From NCBI GenBank assembly GCA_028725765.1, contig JAQYRL010000011.1:15281-79280 (forward strand): a stretch of DNA of 64,000 bases, in the 5' to 3' direction. The position numbers were made by a program, and so were the translations under genes. The notes under the pieces are model-generated. The model worked only from the letters and a program-made list of their open reading frames with translations, did no database searches and was not told where the DNA came from. Shown one piece after another: positions 31,581-42,260 of the stretch (position 1 is the stretch's first letter; every line of letters begins with the position of its first letter). This stretch comes from Clostridiales bacterium (GTDB lineage: Bacteria > Bacillota > Clostridia > Peptostreptococcales > Anaerovoracaceae).

Positions 31581-31609
31581 AGAATACAACTAAATTTGAT
31601 TTTTGTCAA
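31581..31609 (-). promoter_or_regulatory. sigma-A promoter driving the riboswitch RNA
   Basis: Minus strand TTGACA-17 nt-TATTCT, placed between the upstream ORF stop (31629) and the aptamer. Confidence 0.6.
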
Positions 31610-31628
31610 ATAGTTCAGTAATATAATT

Positions 31629-31937
31629 TTACTCATCCCTTGTCAATATGTAAGCAAGAGCTACAGCAGATGCAGTTATAAGAGCAACAGACACTCCAAT
31701 AACAATCTCAGGAGTATAATCATCTACTGGACAATATTTCCTTTTAGTACGTTTATAATCCTTCTTAAAGCGTTTTGCTTTTCTCTTCATATTCTTTTGT
31801 ACATCACCTGCATAATCAAGCGCATCTTCTTTTAAGTCTCCAGCAAGATCAATCACATCTTCAATACCATCCGATGCATATTCTTTTGCATCATCTACAT
31901 ACTGTCTAATATCCTTCTTATCCATATCTATTCTCAT
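31629..31937 (-). CDS. small tail-anchored hydrophilic protein (YtxH/LEA-like N-part, basic linker, C-terminal TM)
   Basis: 102 aa. Acidic repeats DDAKEYASDGIEDVIDLAGDLKEDALDYAGDV, KR-rich stretch, TM IVIGVSVALITASAVALAYIL. Confidence 0.65.
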   Translation of the reverse strand: MRIDMDKKDIRQYVDDAKEYASDGIEDVIDLAGDLKEDALDYAGDVQKNMKRKAKRFKKDYKRTKRKYCPVDDYTPEIVIGVSVALITASAVALAYILTRDE

Positions 31938-31942
31938 ATCTC

Positions 31943-32107
31943 CTATTTGTTATCTTTATCCTCAGCTTTTTCAACAGCCTTTTTTAAAGATTTCTTACCC
32001 ATGGAAAAGCCAGTTGTATCTTCCTGAATATCTTTTCCCTTTTTTTCATATTCTTCTTCTAGCAACTTGCCCATTTCTTCTTTTCTGTCAACATATTTAT
32101 CTTTCAT
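31943..32107 (-). CDS. small hydrophilic protein, 54 aa (below the ORF-track length cutoff)
   Basis: ATG at 32107 preceded by AGGAGGAGAGCC. Translation MKDKYVDRKEEMGKLLEEEYEKKGKDIQEDTTGFSMGKKSLKKAVEKAEDKDNK. Fits exactly between the two flanking small genes. Confidence 0.55.
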   Translation of the reverse strand: MKDKYVDRKEEMGKLLEEEYEKKGKDIQEDTTGFSMGKKSLKKAVEKAEDKDNK

Positions 32108-32152
32108 GGCTCTCCTCCTATTTTAAACAAGAACTTAAAAGATTATACGAAA

Positions 32153-32467
32153 CTATTTTTTTGTTGCCTTTGTAACCTGCTTCTTCACATTCTTTCCTGT
32201 TTTCTCAACATCTTTAAACTGCTCATCCAGTTTTTTGTCCAATGTGTTTTTGGTGTCGTCAAGTTTTACCTTTGCACTTTCATAGCCTTTGGCTGCCTTG
32301 TCTTTTACATCATCAAAGCCTTCTCCAGCTTTTTCCTTAGCGTTATCATAAACATCCCCGGCTTTATCCGCAATTTTTTCGCTACCGTCCTTAACGTCTT
32401 CCATTAAATCCTTAGCCTCCTCGGATACCTTATTAGCCGCCTTCTTAAGATTATCTACCAAAGCCAT
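32153..32467 (-). CDS. small hydrophilic stress-protein-like protein (YtxH/LEA-like repeats)
   Basis: 104 aa, no TM. Repetitive K/D/E/A-rich sequence EEAKDLMEDVKDGSEKIADKAGDVYDNAKEKAGEGFDDVKDKAAKGYE. AGGAGG RBS. Confidence 0.65.
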   Translation of the reverse strand: MALVDNLKKAANKVSEEAKDLMEDVKDGSEKIADKAGDVYDNAKEKAGEGFDDVKDKAAKGYESAKVKLDDTKNTLDKKLDEQFKDVEKTGKNVKKQVTKATKK

Positions 32468-32654
32468 ATTAAAACCTCCTAATAAATATATATTAAATTA
32501 CTATCTAGTTAAACACTCTGTTATTAAATATCTTTTTACACATTTGCAATATTATTAAACATTTTTTTGAAAATAATAAAGAGTTCTATTTTCTAATGAT
32601 GTGCTTTTATTTGGATAATATATGCGACAAAACATCATTAAGCCTTAGTTATTT

Positions 32655-32692
32655 TACTAAAATAAAATCCCCCATTATAAAAGAGGGATTTT
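32655..32692 (-). terminator. intrinsic terminator after rplQ (end of the alpha operon)
   Basis: Minus strand AAATCCCTC-loop-GGGGGATTT followed by TATTTTAGT. Confidence 0.6.
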
Positions 32693-32739
32693 ATAAATAT
32701 TATTTCTTCATATTTTAAATATTAGAAACAAAATATTGT

Positions 32740-33081
32740 CTATACAAGTTCTAGGAATACAACTTCCGCATTGTCTCCTTGACGAGGTCCAAGTTTAAGA
32801 ATTCTTGTATATCCACCTTGACGCTCCTGATACTTAGGAGCAATTTCTTCAAATAGTTTAGTAACAACATCTTCATCATAGATGTAAGCAAGTGCCTGAC
32901 GTCTTGCATGAAGGTCGTTCTTTTTCGCTATTGTTATAAGCTTTTCAGCTTCTCTTCTGGCTTCCTTTGCTCTACAATCTGTTGTTGTAATTCTACCTTC
33001 CCTGAAAAGATCGGTAACGATATTTCTAAGCATAGATTTTCTGTGAGCAGTTGGTCTGCCGAGTTTCCTATATCCGGGCAT
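32740..33081 (-). CDS. rplQ: 50S ribosomal protein L17
   Basis: 113 aa, [20 protein letters not shown]. Follows rpoA. Confidence 0.97.
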   Translation of the reverse strand: MPGYRKLGRPTAHRKSMLRNIVTDLFREGRITTTDCRAKEARREAEKLITIAKKNDLHARRQALAYIYDEDVVTKLFEEIAPKYQERQGGYTRILKLGPRQGDNAEVVFLELV

Positions 33082-33101
33082 TTTGATCTCCTTTCTCTGT
33101 G

Positions 33102-34046
33102 CTATTCGTCAGTCTCTTTCAGAGATAAACCAAGTTCTTCCAACTTGTTCTTAACTTCATCAAGCGACTTCTTACCGAGGTTTCTTACCTTAAGCATATC
33201 TTCTTCTGTCTTTTCGGTAAGTTCCTCAACGGTGTTGATATTTGCTCTCTTTAGACAATTTGACGATCTAACAGAAAGTTCAAGTTCTTCAATTGTCATC
33301 TCGAGAGATTTAGCCTTCTGATCTTCTTCCTTCTCTATCATGATTTCAAAGTTATCTGCAGAGTCATCAAGTGACATCAGAAGATTGAGATGTTCATCCA
33401 TTATTTTGGCACCTATGGATACTCCTTCTTCTGGGGTTACAGATCCATCAGTCCAAATTTCTAAAGTCAATTTATCATAGTCGGTAACCTGTCCAACACG
33501 TGTATCTTCTACCATGTAGTTCACTTTTTTTACAGGTGTGAAAATTGAGTCAACAGGAATCACTGCAATAGGAGTCGTTTCATCTTTGTTCTGATCAGCA
33601 GTTCGATAACCACGCCCTCTTGCAATGGTAATCTCCATTATCAGATTCGCTCCATCTTCCAGCTGTGCTATATGGAGGTCCTTATTGAAAATCTCAAGCT
33701 CTGCATCACCGATAATGTCAGCAGCAGTAACTTCTTTAGGACCCACAGCATTAATGATAACGCGTTTCGGCTCCTCGCTATTTAGGCGAACGGCTAGTTG
33801 TTTTAGATTAAGTATAATCTCTGTAACATCTTCTCTAACATTTGGAATTGTTGAGAATTCATGAAGCACACCATCAATTTTCACAGAGGTAACTGCAGCA
33901 CCTGGAAGTGAACTCAATAGTATTCTCCTCATAGCATTGCCAAGCGTAGTGCCATAACCTCTTTCAAGTGGTTCTATGACAAATTTCCCATATTTTCTAT
34001 CTTCGTCTACAAATTTTTCAATTGTAGGTTTTTCGATTTCTATCAC
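33102..34046 (-). CDS. rpoA: DNA-directed RNA polymerase subunit alpha
   Basis: 314 aa. N-terminus IEKPTIE...[31 protein letters not shown]-terminal [20 protein letters not shown]. Confidence 0.97.
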   Translation of the reverse strand: MIEIEKPTIEKFVDEDRKYGKFVIEPLERGYGTTLGNAMRRILLSSLPGAAVTSVKIDGVLHEFSTIPNVREDVTEIILNLKQLAVRLNSEEPKRVIINAVGPKEVTAADIIGDAELEIFNKDLHIAQLEDGANLIMEITIARGRGYRTADQNKDETTPIAVIPVDSIFTPVKKVNYMVEDTRVGQVTDYDKLTLEIWTDGSVTPEEGVSIGAKIMDEHLNLLMSLDDSADNFEIMIEKEEDQKAKSLEMTIEELELSVRSSNCLKRANINTVEELTEKTEEDMLKVRNLGKKSLDEVKNKLEELGLSLKETDE

Positions 34047-34102
34047 TAAAAACCCTCCTTATCTTCCAAAGTAAATTGGCTCCAAAAGTTATAACTACCC
34101 TA

Positions 34103-34690
34103 TTACTTGGAATACAATTCGACGATAAGATGCTCAGCTACCGGAGTATCAATCTGATCTCTAGTAGGATCCGCTAAAACTTTTCCTTCGAGTTTTTCTC
34201 TATCAACAGATAGCCATCCTGGGATTCCTACCTGCATTTCTTTAATTTCCTTAAACTTAGGAGAGCTTACGCTTTTTTCCTTAACTTTAATAACATCTCC
34301 AGGACTTACCTGGTAGGAAGGAATATTAACTTTCTTTCCGTTAACAGTGTAATGTCCATGCACTACTGCCTGCCTTGCATCTCTTCTAGTAGTTGCAAGA
34401 CCCATTCTGTAAACGACATTATCTAATCTCTTTTCGAGCATTATAAGTAAGTTTTCACCTGTTATGCCAGGTTTTTTAGCTGCTTTATCGAAAGTGTTTC
34501 TGAATTGTTTTTCAAGAACACCGTAAATAAACTTTGCTCTTTGCTTTTCTCTAAGCTGTAATCCATATTCACTCATCTTTTTATATTTTCTCTTAGGAGC
34601 TTTCTTAGATGTTTTGTAAATTCCTAAATGGCTTGGATCTATATCTAGAGATCTGCATCTTTTTAAAATTGGTTGTTTGTTTACTGCCAT
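34103..34690 (-). CDS. rpsD: 30S ribosomal protein S4
   Basis: 195 aa, [17 protein letters not shown] with S4 domain [20 protein letters not shown]. Confidence 0.96.
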   Translation of the reverse strand: MAVNKQPILKRCRSLDIDPSHLGIYKTSKKAPKRKYKKMSEYGLQLREKQRAKFIYGVLEKQFRNTFDKAAKKPGITGENLLIMLEKRLDNVVYRMGLATTRRDARQAVVHGHYTVNGKKVNIPSYQVSPGDVIKVKEKSVSSPKFKEIKEMQVGIPGWLSVDREKLEGKVLADPTRDQIDTPVAEHLIVELYSK

Positions 34691-34708
34691 AATTATTCCT
34701 CCCTTCTA

Positions 34709-35107
34709 TTAGACTCTTCTTCTCTTTGGTGGTCTGCAACCATTGTGCGGAATTGGTGTTACGTCCTTAATCATTGTGATTTCAAGGCCTGCCTGAGCCA
34801 ATGCTCTGATTGCAGCTTCTCTTCCCGAACCAGGTCCCTTTACATAGACTTCAACAGTCTTAAGACCATGTTCCATTGCAGCTTTAGTTGCCTCTTCTGC
34901 AGCCATCTGAGCGGCAAAAGGAGTTGATTTCTTTGAACCCTTAAAGCCAAGAGATCCTGCGCTTGACCAAGACAAAGCATTTCCATCCATATCCGTCAGG
35001 GTTACCAAAGTATTGTTAAAGGAGGATTGAATATAAGCCTGGCCTTTAACGACGTTTTTACGTTCTCTTTTTTTTCTGCGAACTGTTTTCTTTACAGGTT
35101 TAGCCAT
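34709..35107 (-). CDS. rpsK: 30S ribosomal protein S11
   Basis: 132 aa, [18 protein letters not shown]...[16 protein letters not shown]. Confidence 0.97.
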   Translation of the reverse strand: MAKPVKKTVRRKKRERKNVVKGQAYIQSSFNNTLVTLTDMDGNALSWSSAGSLGFKGSKKSTPFAAQMAAEEATKAAMEHGLKTVEVYVKGPGSGREAAIRALAQAGLEITMIKDVTPIPHNGCRPPKRRRV

Positions 35108-35124
35108 TATTATTTACCTCCTTC

Positions 35125-35493
35125 TTATTTTTTCTTTCTTCCTACAGTTTTCTTAGGTCCTTTCCTAGTTCTGGCATTGGTCTTTGTCTTCTGACCACGA
35201 ACAGGAAGTCCTCTTCTATGTCTGATTCCTCTGTAGCTACCGATTTCCATAAGTCTCTTAATATTTAGACTAACTTCTCTTTTCAGATCTCCTTCTACAG
35301 CGTAATCACTATCGATAATTTTTCTGATTCTACCAGCCTCTTCTTCAGTGAGGTCTTTAATTCTGGTATCCGGATTTACTCCGGCTTTTTCAAGAATTGC
35401 TTGAGAAGTTGCTTTGCCTATACCATAAATATATGTAAGGCCAATCTCAACTCTCTTTTCTCTTGGTAAGTCAACTCCGGCTATACGAGCCAT
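35125..35493 (-). CDS. rpsM: 30S ribosomal protein S13
   Basis: Start set at [10 protein letters not shown] (ATG 35493, GGAGAAGGAGG RBS). 122 aa. Confidence 0.95.
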   Translation of the reverse strand: MARIAGVDLPREKRVEIGLTYIYGIGKATSQAILEKAGVNPDTRIKDLTEEEAGRIRKIIDSDYAVEGDLKREVSLNIKRLMEIGSYRGIRHRRGLPVRGQKTKTNARTRKGPKKTVGRKKK

Positions 35494-35609
35494 TATTATC
35501 CTCCTTCTCCTATCTTCCGTCACTTACTCCGGGAGTGATATAGACAGGTTCACATAAAAAATTATTTGGTATCCTAAACCCGGTTTTAGGTCCATCTCAT
35601 ATTAAGTTT

Positions 35610-35961
<352 letters not shown>

Positions 35962-35973
35962 TAATATCTCTCC

Positions 35974-36720
35974 TTATAATGTGAGCAATTCAGGCTCACC
36001 ATCATTAATTACTATCGTATTTTCATAATGGGCTGAAAGTCCACCATCAGCTGTAACAACTGTCCAATCATTCAGCAGAGTTTCAGTTTCATAACTTCCC
36101 TGGACTATCATTGGTTCAATAGCTAATGCCATGCCTTCTTGAAGTCTCGGGCCTTTGCCTGGATCTCCATAATTAGGAATTTGTGGATCCTCGTGCAGAT
36201 TTCTTCCAACACCATGTCCAACATAATCTCTTATTACTCCAAATCCAGCACCTTCAGCGTGTTTTTGAACTGCGTGTGATATATCAGATAATCTATACCC
36301 TACTTTTGCAAATTCTATGCCCCTAAAGAAACTTTCTTCTGTAACTTTAATAAGTTTCATAGCATCTTCGCTGGTTTCACCAACTGGATAGGTGCGAGCG
36401 GCATCGCTCACATAATGCTTCCATGTGGATCCTACATCCACGCTGACAATGTCGCCTTCCTTAAGTATTCTATCTTTGCTCGGAATGCCGTGAACAATTT
36501 CTTCATTTATTGAAACACAAGCTGCTCCCGGAAATCCTCCATAACCTTTGAATGTCGGAGTCATATTATATCCGGTAATTGTTTTTTCAACGTAATTATT
36601 GATGTCCATAGTAGAGATACCCGGCTTAATAATATCCGCAAGGGTTCTCAAAACATATCCGGTCACCTTTCCGGACTCGCGCATCAAATCAATTTCGTCT
36701 TTTGATTTAATGATTATCAT
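35974..36720 (-). CDS. map: type I methionine aminopeptidase
   Basis: 248 aa with metal ligand contexts VHGIP, DVGS, GHGVG, EPM. Confidence 0.95.
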   Translation of the reverse strand: MIIIKSKDEIDLMRESGKVTGYVLRTLADIIKPGISTMDINNYVEKTITGYNMTPTFKGYGGFPGAACVSINEEIVHGIPSKDRILKEGDIVSVDVGSTWKHYVSDAARTYPVGETSEDAMKLIKVTEESFFRGIEFAKVGYRLSDISHAVQKHAEGAGFGVIRDYVGHGVGRNLHEDPQIPNYGDPGKGPRLQEGMALAIEPMIVQGSYETETLLNDWTVVTADGGLSAHYENTIVINDGEPELLTL

Positions 36721-36721
36721 A

Positions 36722-37369
36722 TTATTTCCCCAAGCCCTTGACTATGTCCGCAAGAACATCGTCCAGGTCTTTGTTACCGTCAATATTTATGATAACACCG
36801 GCCTTATCGTAATAGTCAACCAATGGTTTTGTCTGTTTGTTATAAACGTCAATTCTATTCAAAACAGTTTCTTCAGTATCATCTGCTCTCTGAATCAACT
36901 CTCCGTTGCACAAATCACAAACACCATCTTTCTTAGGTGGGATATTTACCACATGGTAACTAGCACCACATGATTTGCAAACTCTTCTTCCAGTTATTCT
37001 CTTAACAAGAGCATCTTTTTCAACATCGATATTGATAACCTTGTCTATTTTCTCGCCTCTTTGAGCAAGGAATTCATCTAGTTTTTCAGCTTGAAAGATT
37101 GTCCTTGGGAATCCATCGAGCAAAAATCCGTTTTTGCAATCGTCCTTAGTGAGTCTATCTGTTGCTATTTCAACAACAAGTTCGTCTGGAACAAGTTCGC
37201 CTCTATCCATATAGGCTTTAGCTCTGTTTCCAAGTTCTGTCTCATTTTTAATATTCTCACGGAATATATCTCCCGTAGAAATATGAGGTATATTATATTT
37301 TTCAACAATCTTCACTGCCTGAGTACCCTTGCCTGCTCCAGGAGGTCCCAACAAAATTGTTCTTAACAT
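36722..37369 (-). CDS. adk: adenylate kinase
   Basis: 215 aa with P-loop GPPGAGKGTQA and zinc lid CKSCGASYH...CDLCNG. Confidence 0.96.
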   Translation of the reverse strand: MLRTILLGPPGAGKGTQAVKIVEKYNIPHISTGDIFRENIKNETELGNRAKAYMDRGELVPDELVVEIATDRLTKDDCKNGFLLDGFPRTIFQAEKLDEFLAQRGEKIDKVINIDVEKDALVKRITGRRVCKSCGASYHVVNIPPKKDGVCDLCNGELIQRADDTEETVLNRIDVYNKQTKPLVDYYDKAGVIINIDGNKDLDDVLADIVKGLGK

Positions 37370-37381
37370 TTCTTTCTCCTC

Positions 37382-38662
37382 TTACTTAAGGAAACCTCTA
37401 TAGTTTCTCATAACCATTTGATCTTCTAACTGTCTCATAGTGTCGAGTGCAACACCTATTGCGATAAGCAATGATGTCCCTCCAAACCTTACATCTATTC
37501 CAGCAACCTGACTCAAAAGCAATGGCAACGTAGCTACAACCGCTAGGAAAATAGCTCCTACCAATGAAATCCTCGTCATTACCTTGTGAAGGTAATCAAC
37601 TGTGGCTCTACCCGGTCTAATACCAGGAATAAAGCCTCCGTTTGCTCTCATATTACTTGCAATTTCAATTGGATTAAAAGTAATTGCTGTATAGAAATAT
37701 GTGAATGCTATTATAAGCACAACATTAAGCGAACCGTAAATCCACGCTCCCGGCATTCCTCCCGGTGACAAATATTTTGTTACAAAAGCAGTGAAAGGTG
37801 TGTTCGGGAAGAAGTATGTAATAGTTAGTGGAAATGTTAAAAGTGCCATAGCAAATATTACTGGAATTACGCCGGCCTGGTTAACCTTTAGCGGAATATG
37901 TGTCGCTTGGCCACCATACATTTTCCTACCTACAACTCTTTTCGCATACTGAACAGGAATTTTTCTAGTTCCCTGCTGAACCATAATGATTCCAGCAATT
38001 ACAACTAGGGCAAACAGTGCAAACAGTATCAATGTCACGACATTTACGCTACCTTCCTGATACTTCACAACAAGTGTTCTTATCCCTGTCGGTATTCTTG
38101 CAACTATTCCTGCAAAAATCAAAAGTGAGATTCCGTTACCAACACCTTTGTCATTAATTTCTTCACCAAGCCACATAAGAAATGCTGTGCCTGCTGTCAA
38201 AACTAATATTATGACTGCGAAAGAAAATACCGTTTGATCTATAACAGCGCCTCTAAAAAGTCCAACTGTCAAGCCAATACTCTGGATCAGACCAAGACCA
38301 ATCGTCATATATCTTGTAATCTGTGCTATTTTCTTTCGTCCTGCGGTTCCCTCTTTAGCTAAATTTTCAAAATACGGGAAAGCTACCGTCAATAGCTGTA
38401 CTATAATGGATGCTGTAATATATGGTGTGATACTCAAGGCAAATATAGTGAACTTTTGAAAAGCTCCTCCAGAGAATAAATCGAACAAGTCGAATAATCC
38501 TGTTTCACCGCTGAAGATTCTAGCTAAATAGTCTCTATTTATTCCAGGAACAGGAATATTGGATCCTATCCTAAAAACTACAAGCATAGCTAATGTGAAT
38601 AAGATTTTTCTCCTCATTTCTGGCACTTTCCAAGCCTGAGTAACAGTATTAAGCAGTCCCAT
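37382..38662 (-). CDS. secY: preprotein translocase subunit SecY
   Basis: Start set at MGLLNTVTQAWKVPEMRRKILFTL (ATG 38662, GGAGG RBS inside the rplO end). 10-TM protein. Confidence 0.95.
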   Translation of the reverse strand: MGLLNTVTQAWKVPEMRRKILFTLAMLVVFRIGSNIPVPGINRDYLARIFSGETGLFDLFDLFSGGAFQKFTIFALSITPYITASIIVQLLTVAFPYFENLAKEGTAGRKKIAQITRYMTIGLGLIQSIGLTVGLFRGAVIDQTVFSFAVIILVLTAGTAFLMWLGEEINDKGVGNGISLLIFAGIVARIPTGIRTLVVKYQEGSVNVVTLILFALFALVVIAGIIMVQQGTRKIPVQYAKRVVGRKMYGGQATHIPLKVNQAGVIPVIFAMALLTFPLTITYFFPNTPFTAFVTKYLSPGGMPGAWIYGSLNVVLIIAFTYFYTAITFNPIEIASNMRANGGFIPGIRPGRATVDYLHKVMTRISLVGAIFLAVVATLPLLLSQVAGIDVRFGGTSLLIAIGVALDTMRQLEDQMVMRNYRGFLK

Positions 38663-38663
38663 T

Positions 38664-39104
38664 TTACAATACCTCCGCCTTTCCTCCTGCGGACTCGATC
38701 TTTTCAACAGCAGTCTTGCTGAATTTGTTTGCCTTAACGGTCAATTTCTTTTCGAGTTTACCGTTTCCCAGGATTTTAACTCCATCTTTAACTTGCTTAA
38801 CAATTCCTTTTTCTTTAAGCAATTCTACAGTAACCTCTTGACCATCTTCAAAGCGATTGAGTTCACTTACGTTAATAGTTGTATATTTTGTACCCCAGAT
38901 ATTCGTAAATCCTCGCTTTGGTAATCTTCTATACAGTGGCATCTGGCCACCTTCAAAGCCCAATCTAACTCCACCGCCACTTCTAGCGTTTTGGCCCTTA
39001 TGACCTCTACCAGCAGTTTTACCAAGGCCGGAACCCTGCCCTCTACCTTTACGCTTTGATATCTTTGTGGAGCCTTCTGCTTTTTTTAACTCATGCAGTC
39101 GCAT
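38664..39104 (-). CDS. rplO: 50S ribosomal protein L15
   Basis: 146 aa, [38 protein letters not shown]. Confidence 0.96.
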   Translation of the reverse strand: MRLHELKKAEGSTKISKRKGRGQGSGLGKTAGRGHKGQNARSGGGVRLGFEGGQMPLYRRLPKRGFTNIWGTKYTTINVSELNRFEDGQEVTVELLKEKGIVKQVKDGVKILGNGKLEKKLTVKANKFSKTAVEKIESAGGKAEVL

Positions 39105-39120
39105 GCTTGCACCTCCAATC

Positions 39121-39300
39121 CTATTGCTCTTCTACGGTAACAAGGTGTGTAACCTTGTCTATTGCACCTCTAGTCTGAGGAGTGTCTGCCAATTCAACTG
39201 AATGATTTAATTTCTTCAGTCCAAGTGCTTCCACAACTTTTCTCTGCTTAGGGGTAGCGCCGATTGTACTCTTAGTTAAAGTAATTTTTAACATTGACAT
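39121..39300 (-). CDS. rpmD: 50S ribosomal protein L30
   Basis: Not in the ORF track. Translation [71 protein letters not shown] upstream. Confidence 0.92.
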   Translation of the reverse strand: MSMLKITLTKSTIGATPKQRKVVEALGLKKLNHSVELADTPQTRGAIDKVTHLVTVEEQ

Positions 39301-39312
39301 TGGTCATTCCTC

Positions 39313-39816
39313 CTATCTAGCAATTTCATCTACCGACTTGCCTCTAAGTGCTGCTACTTTTTCAATTGTCGTTAAGTTCTTAAGTCCTTCCATTGTTGCA
39401 AGTGCCATGTTTACAGTATTATGAGATCCTATAGACTTTGCTCTCACGTCTTTTAGACCTGCAGACTCTAACACAACACGCACAGATGAACCTGCGATTA
39501 CTCCTGTACCTTCTGCAGCAGGCATTATCAATACTCTACCAGCTCCATAAACGCCCACATTTCTGTGTGGTACTGTTGTCCCTACCATAGGAACAGTAAT
39601 CATATTCTTTTTTGCATCTTCAGTAGCTTTTCTAACTGCCTCAGGAATCTCCTGCGCCTTACCAAGTCCTACGCCTACTCGACCTTTGCCATCTCCTACA
39701 ACCATAGTAACGGAAAATCTCATGTTTCTTCCGCCCTTAACAGTCTTAGCAACACGTCTTATATTTACAATTGTTTCTTTAAATTCACTCTTGGGTGCAT
39801 CTTGTTGTCTAGCCAT
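39313..39816 (-). CDS. rpsE: 30S ribosomal protein S5
   Basis: 167 aa, [19 protein letters not shown]... Confidence 0.97.
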   Translation of the reverse strand: MARQQDAPKSEFKETIVNIRRVAKTVKGGRNMRFSVTMVVGDGKGRVGVGLGKAQEIPEAVRKATEDAKKNMITVPMVGTTVPHRNVGVYGAGRVLIMPAAEGTGVIAGSSVRVVLESAGLKDVRAKSIGSHNTVNMALATMEGLKNLTTIEKVAALRGKSVDEIAR

Positions 39817-39833
39817 TTCTCATTCCTCCTTAT

Positions 39834-40193
39834 TTAGAATTTCAATCCTGCTTCTCGAGCACCCTCTGCCAGTTCTTTAACTCTTCCGTGATAAAGAAAT
39901 CCACCTCTGTCAAAAGCAACATTCTCGATGCCCTTATCCAATGCTCTCTTCGCAATGAGTTCTCCAACCTTCTTTGCAGCCTCTTTGTTACCACCATTTT
40001 CGCTCTTCATTTCCTTCTCAAGAGTAGAAGCGGAAACAAGTGTATTGCCATTCTCATCATCGATAATTTGAGCTGAGATGTTTTTGTTGGATCGGAAAAC
40101 ACAAAGCCTTGGTTTTTCAGGAGTTCCGATTAAGTTTTTTCTGACTCTTAGGTGTCTCTTAACACGTTTGTCATTTCTGCTTTTTTTAGACAT
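39834..40193 (-). CDS. rplR: 50S ribosomal protein L18
   Basis: 119 aa, [33 protein letters not shown]...[26 protein letters not shown]. Confidence 0.97.
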   Translation of the reverse strand: MSKKSRNDKRVKRHLRVRKNLIGTPEKPRLCVFRSNKNISAQIIDDENGNTLVSASTLEKEMKSENGGNKEAAKKVGELIAKRALDKGIENVAFDRGGFLYHGRVKELAEGAREAGLKF

Positions 40194-40209
40194 TTAATTC
40201 ACTCCTTTC

Positions 40210-40755
40210 TTACGCCTTAGCTCCAGTTTTTCCTTCTTTTCTGCGAATATATTCATCTTCATATCTAATTCCCTTGCCCTTATATGGCTCAGGTTTTCTC
40301 CAGTCTCTAATGACTGCAGCATAGTTTCCAACTAACGCTTTATCTATGCCCTTAACTACAACTGTTGTTGCATCTGCAACTTCAGTTTCAATTCCTTCAG
40401 GATCTTCCATTTCAACAGGGTGTGAAAAGCCGAGATTCATCACAAGTTTCTTGCCTTTCTTCTCAGCTCTAAAACCAACACCATTTAGTATAAGTTTTTT
40501 CTGGAATCCATCTGTTACTCCAATTACCATGTTGTTAACTAAAGCTCTCGCCAATCCGTGCTGTGCTCTCATATTTCTAGCATCAGATTCTCTCGAAAAT
40601 ACAACGCTTCCGTCTTCAACAACTATTTTGATTTCTGGGCTGAGTTTCTGAGAAAGCGATCCCTTTGGACCCTTTACAGTAACCAGATTATTTTCTTTAA
40701 CATCTACCTCTACTCCAGAAGGTAGCTGTACAGGTTTTAATCCTATTCTTGACAT
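40210..40755 (-). CDS. rplF: 50S ribosomal protein L6
   Basis: 181 aa, [19 protein letters not shown]...VKGPKG. Confidence 0.97.
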   Translation of the reverse strand: MSRIGLKPVQLPSGVEVDVKENNLVTVKGPKGSLSQKLSPEIKIVVEDGSVVFSRESDARNMRAQHGLARALVNNMVIGVTDGFQKKLILNGVGFRAEKKGKKLVMNLGFSHPVEMEDPEGIETEVADATTVVVKGIDKALVGNYAAVIRDWRKPEPYKGKGIRYEDEYIRRKEGKTGAKA

Positions 40756-40765
40756 ATTCTACCTC

Positions 40766-41164
40766 CTACCAAATATAGCAGATTACTTCTCCACCTACGC
40801 CTAATTCTCTTGCCTTCTTATCGCTTACAACGCCTTTTGAAGAAGATATAATAGCCACACCAAGACCCCCAAGCACTCTAGGAACTTGGTCAGCCTTAGC
40901 ATATACCTTTAGACCTGGTTTAGAAATTTTCTTAATTCCACTAATTACTCGTTCTTTGTTAGCACCATACTTCATGTCAATTTTTATGATGCCCTGTTTA
41001 TTATCATCGATTTCTTCAAATCCCTTAATGTAGCCTTCTTCAAGCAATATCTCTGCAATGGATTTTTTAATCTTAGATGCAGGAATATCAACTGTTTCAT
41101 GACCTACAGTATTGGCATTTCTGATTCTAGTCAGCATATCTGCTATAGGATCTGTCATTGTCAT
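40766..41164 (-). CDS. rpsH: 30S ribosomal protein S8
   Basis: 132 aa, [16 protein letters not shown]...GGEVICYIW. Confidence 0.97.
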   Translation of the reverse strand: MTMTDPIADMLTRIRNANTVGHETVDIPASKIKKSIAEILLEEGYIKGFEEIDDNKQGIIKIDMKYGANKERVISGIKKISKPGLKVYAKADQVPRVLGGLGVAIISSSKGVVSDKKARELGVGGEVICYIW

Positions 41165-41188
41165 TACAGTAATTCTCCTTTCTGTGAT

Positions 41189-41374
41189 TTACCAGCTAGC
41201 CTTCTTCACGCCGGGAATTTCACCCTTGTAGGCAAGCTCTCTGAAGCATATACGGCAGATACCGTATTTCTTCAATACGGAGTGCGGCCTTCCACAGATT
41301 TTGCATCTGGTATATGCACGTGTTGAAAATTTAGGTTTTCTCTGCTGTTTAACCTTGAGAGATTTTTTAGCCAT
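41189..41374 (-). CDS. rpsN: 30S ribosomal protein S14 type Z (zinc-binding)
   Basis: 61 aa with CKICGRPHS...CRICFRE cysteine pairs. Confidence 0.96.
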   Translation of the reverse strand: MAKKSLKVKQQRKPKFSTRAYTRCKICGRPHSVLKKYGICRICFRELAYKGEIPGVKKASW

Positions 41375-41383
41375 CTTCTCCTC

Positions 41384-41926
41384 CTATTTCTCAAACGGCA
41401 TTCCAAGAAGTGATAGCAATGCTGCTGCTTCTTCATCTGTTTTAGCCGTCGTTGTGAATACAATGTTCATGCCTTTAATGGATTCAACCTCATCATATTT
41501 GATTTCAGGGAAAATAAGTTGTTCCTTAATTCCCATTGAGTAGTTTCCTCTACCATCAAATGAGTTTTTGCTGACCCCCTTAAAGTCTCTTACTCTTGGA
41601 AGAGAGATGTTGAAAAATTTGTCTACAAACTCATACATGTTATCTCCCCTGAGTGTAACCTTGCAACCTACAGGCATGCCTTCTCTAACTTTAAAGTTAG
41701 CGATTGACTTTCTTGCTTTGGTTTTAACAGGTCTCTGTCCTGAAATAACAGCCAGCTCTTTAACTGCAGAATCCAAAATTTTCGCATTTTCTTTTGCTTC
41801 CCCAAGGCCCATGTTAATTGTAACCTTAACAAGTTTAGGGACTTCCATAGGATTTTTATAATCGAATTTTTCCTTAAGTGCTTTAAAAACATCATTTTTA
41901 TATGTTTCTCTTAATCTTGCTGTCAA
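41384..41926 (-). CDS. rplE: 50S ribosomal protein L5
   Basis: 180 aa, [37 protein letters not shown]. Confidence 0.97.
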   Translation of the reverse strand: MTARLRETYKNDVFKALKEKFDYKNPMEVPKLVKVTINMGLGEAKENAKILDSAVKELAVISGQRPVKTKARKSIANFKVREGMPVGCKVTLRGDNMYEFVDKFFNISLPRVRDFKGVSKNSFDGRGNYSMGIKEQLIFPEIKYDEVESIKGMNIVFTTTAKTDEEAAALLSLLGMPFEK

Positions 41927-41943
41927 AATACTCTCCTCCTTTC

Positions 41944-42249
41944 CTAGTCTATTACGCTGCCACTCTTCTTAGCTACTCTAACCTTGTTTCCATCGTTAAA
42001 AGTATATCCGAGCTTTGATGCTTGTTTTGATTTTGAATCGTAGTACATAACATTAGAAACGTCGATAGGGCCCTCAACGTGTTTAATTTCAGCTTTTGCT
42101 TTCTGTGTCTGCTTTTGGTGTTTTGTTTGAACATTCACACCTTCTACGATTACCTTATTCTCTTTAGGAAAAGCCTTAACAACCTTTCCTACTTTACCCT
42201 TATCTTTTCCGGCGATTACTACCACCGTATCGTCTTTTTTAATTCGCAT
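41944..42249 (-). CDS. rplX: 50S ribosomal protein L24
   Basis: 101 aa, [23 protein letters not shown] (KOW motif). Confidence 0.96.
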   Translation of the reverse strand: MRIKKDDTVVVIAGKDKGKVGKVVKAFPKENKVIVEGVNVQTKHQKQTQKAKAEIKHVEGPIDVSNVMYYDSKSKQASKLGYTFNDGNKVRVAKKSGSVID

Positions 42250-42260
42250 ATTAGAACCCC

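Noticed and set aside
31327-31593. 88-aa plus-strand ORF from the track
   Set aside because: It lies exactly antisense to the cobalamin riboswitch and its terminator, has no RBS, and the RNA motifs explain the region fully.
41272-41895. Same-strand alternative-frame ORFs within rpsN/rplE (41272-41463, 41668-41895)
   Set aside because: They overlap conserved ribosomal protein genes out of frame and have no independent support.
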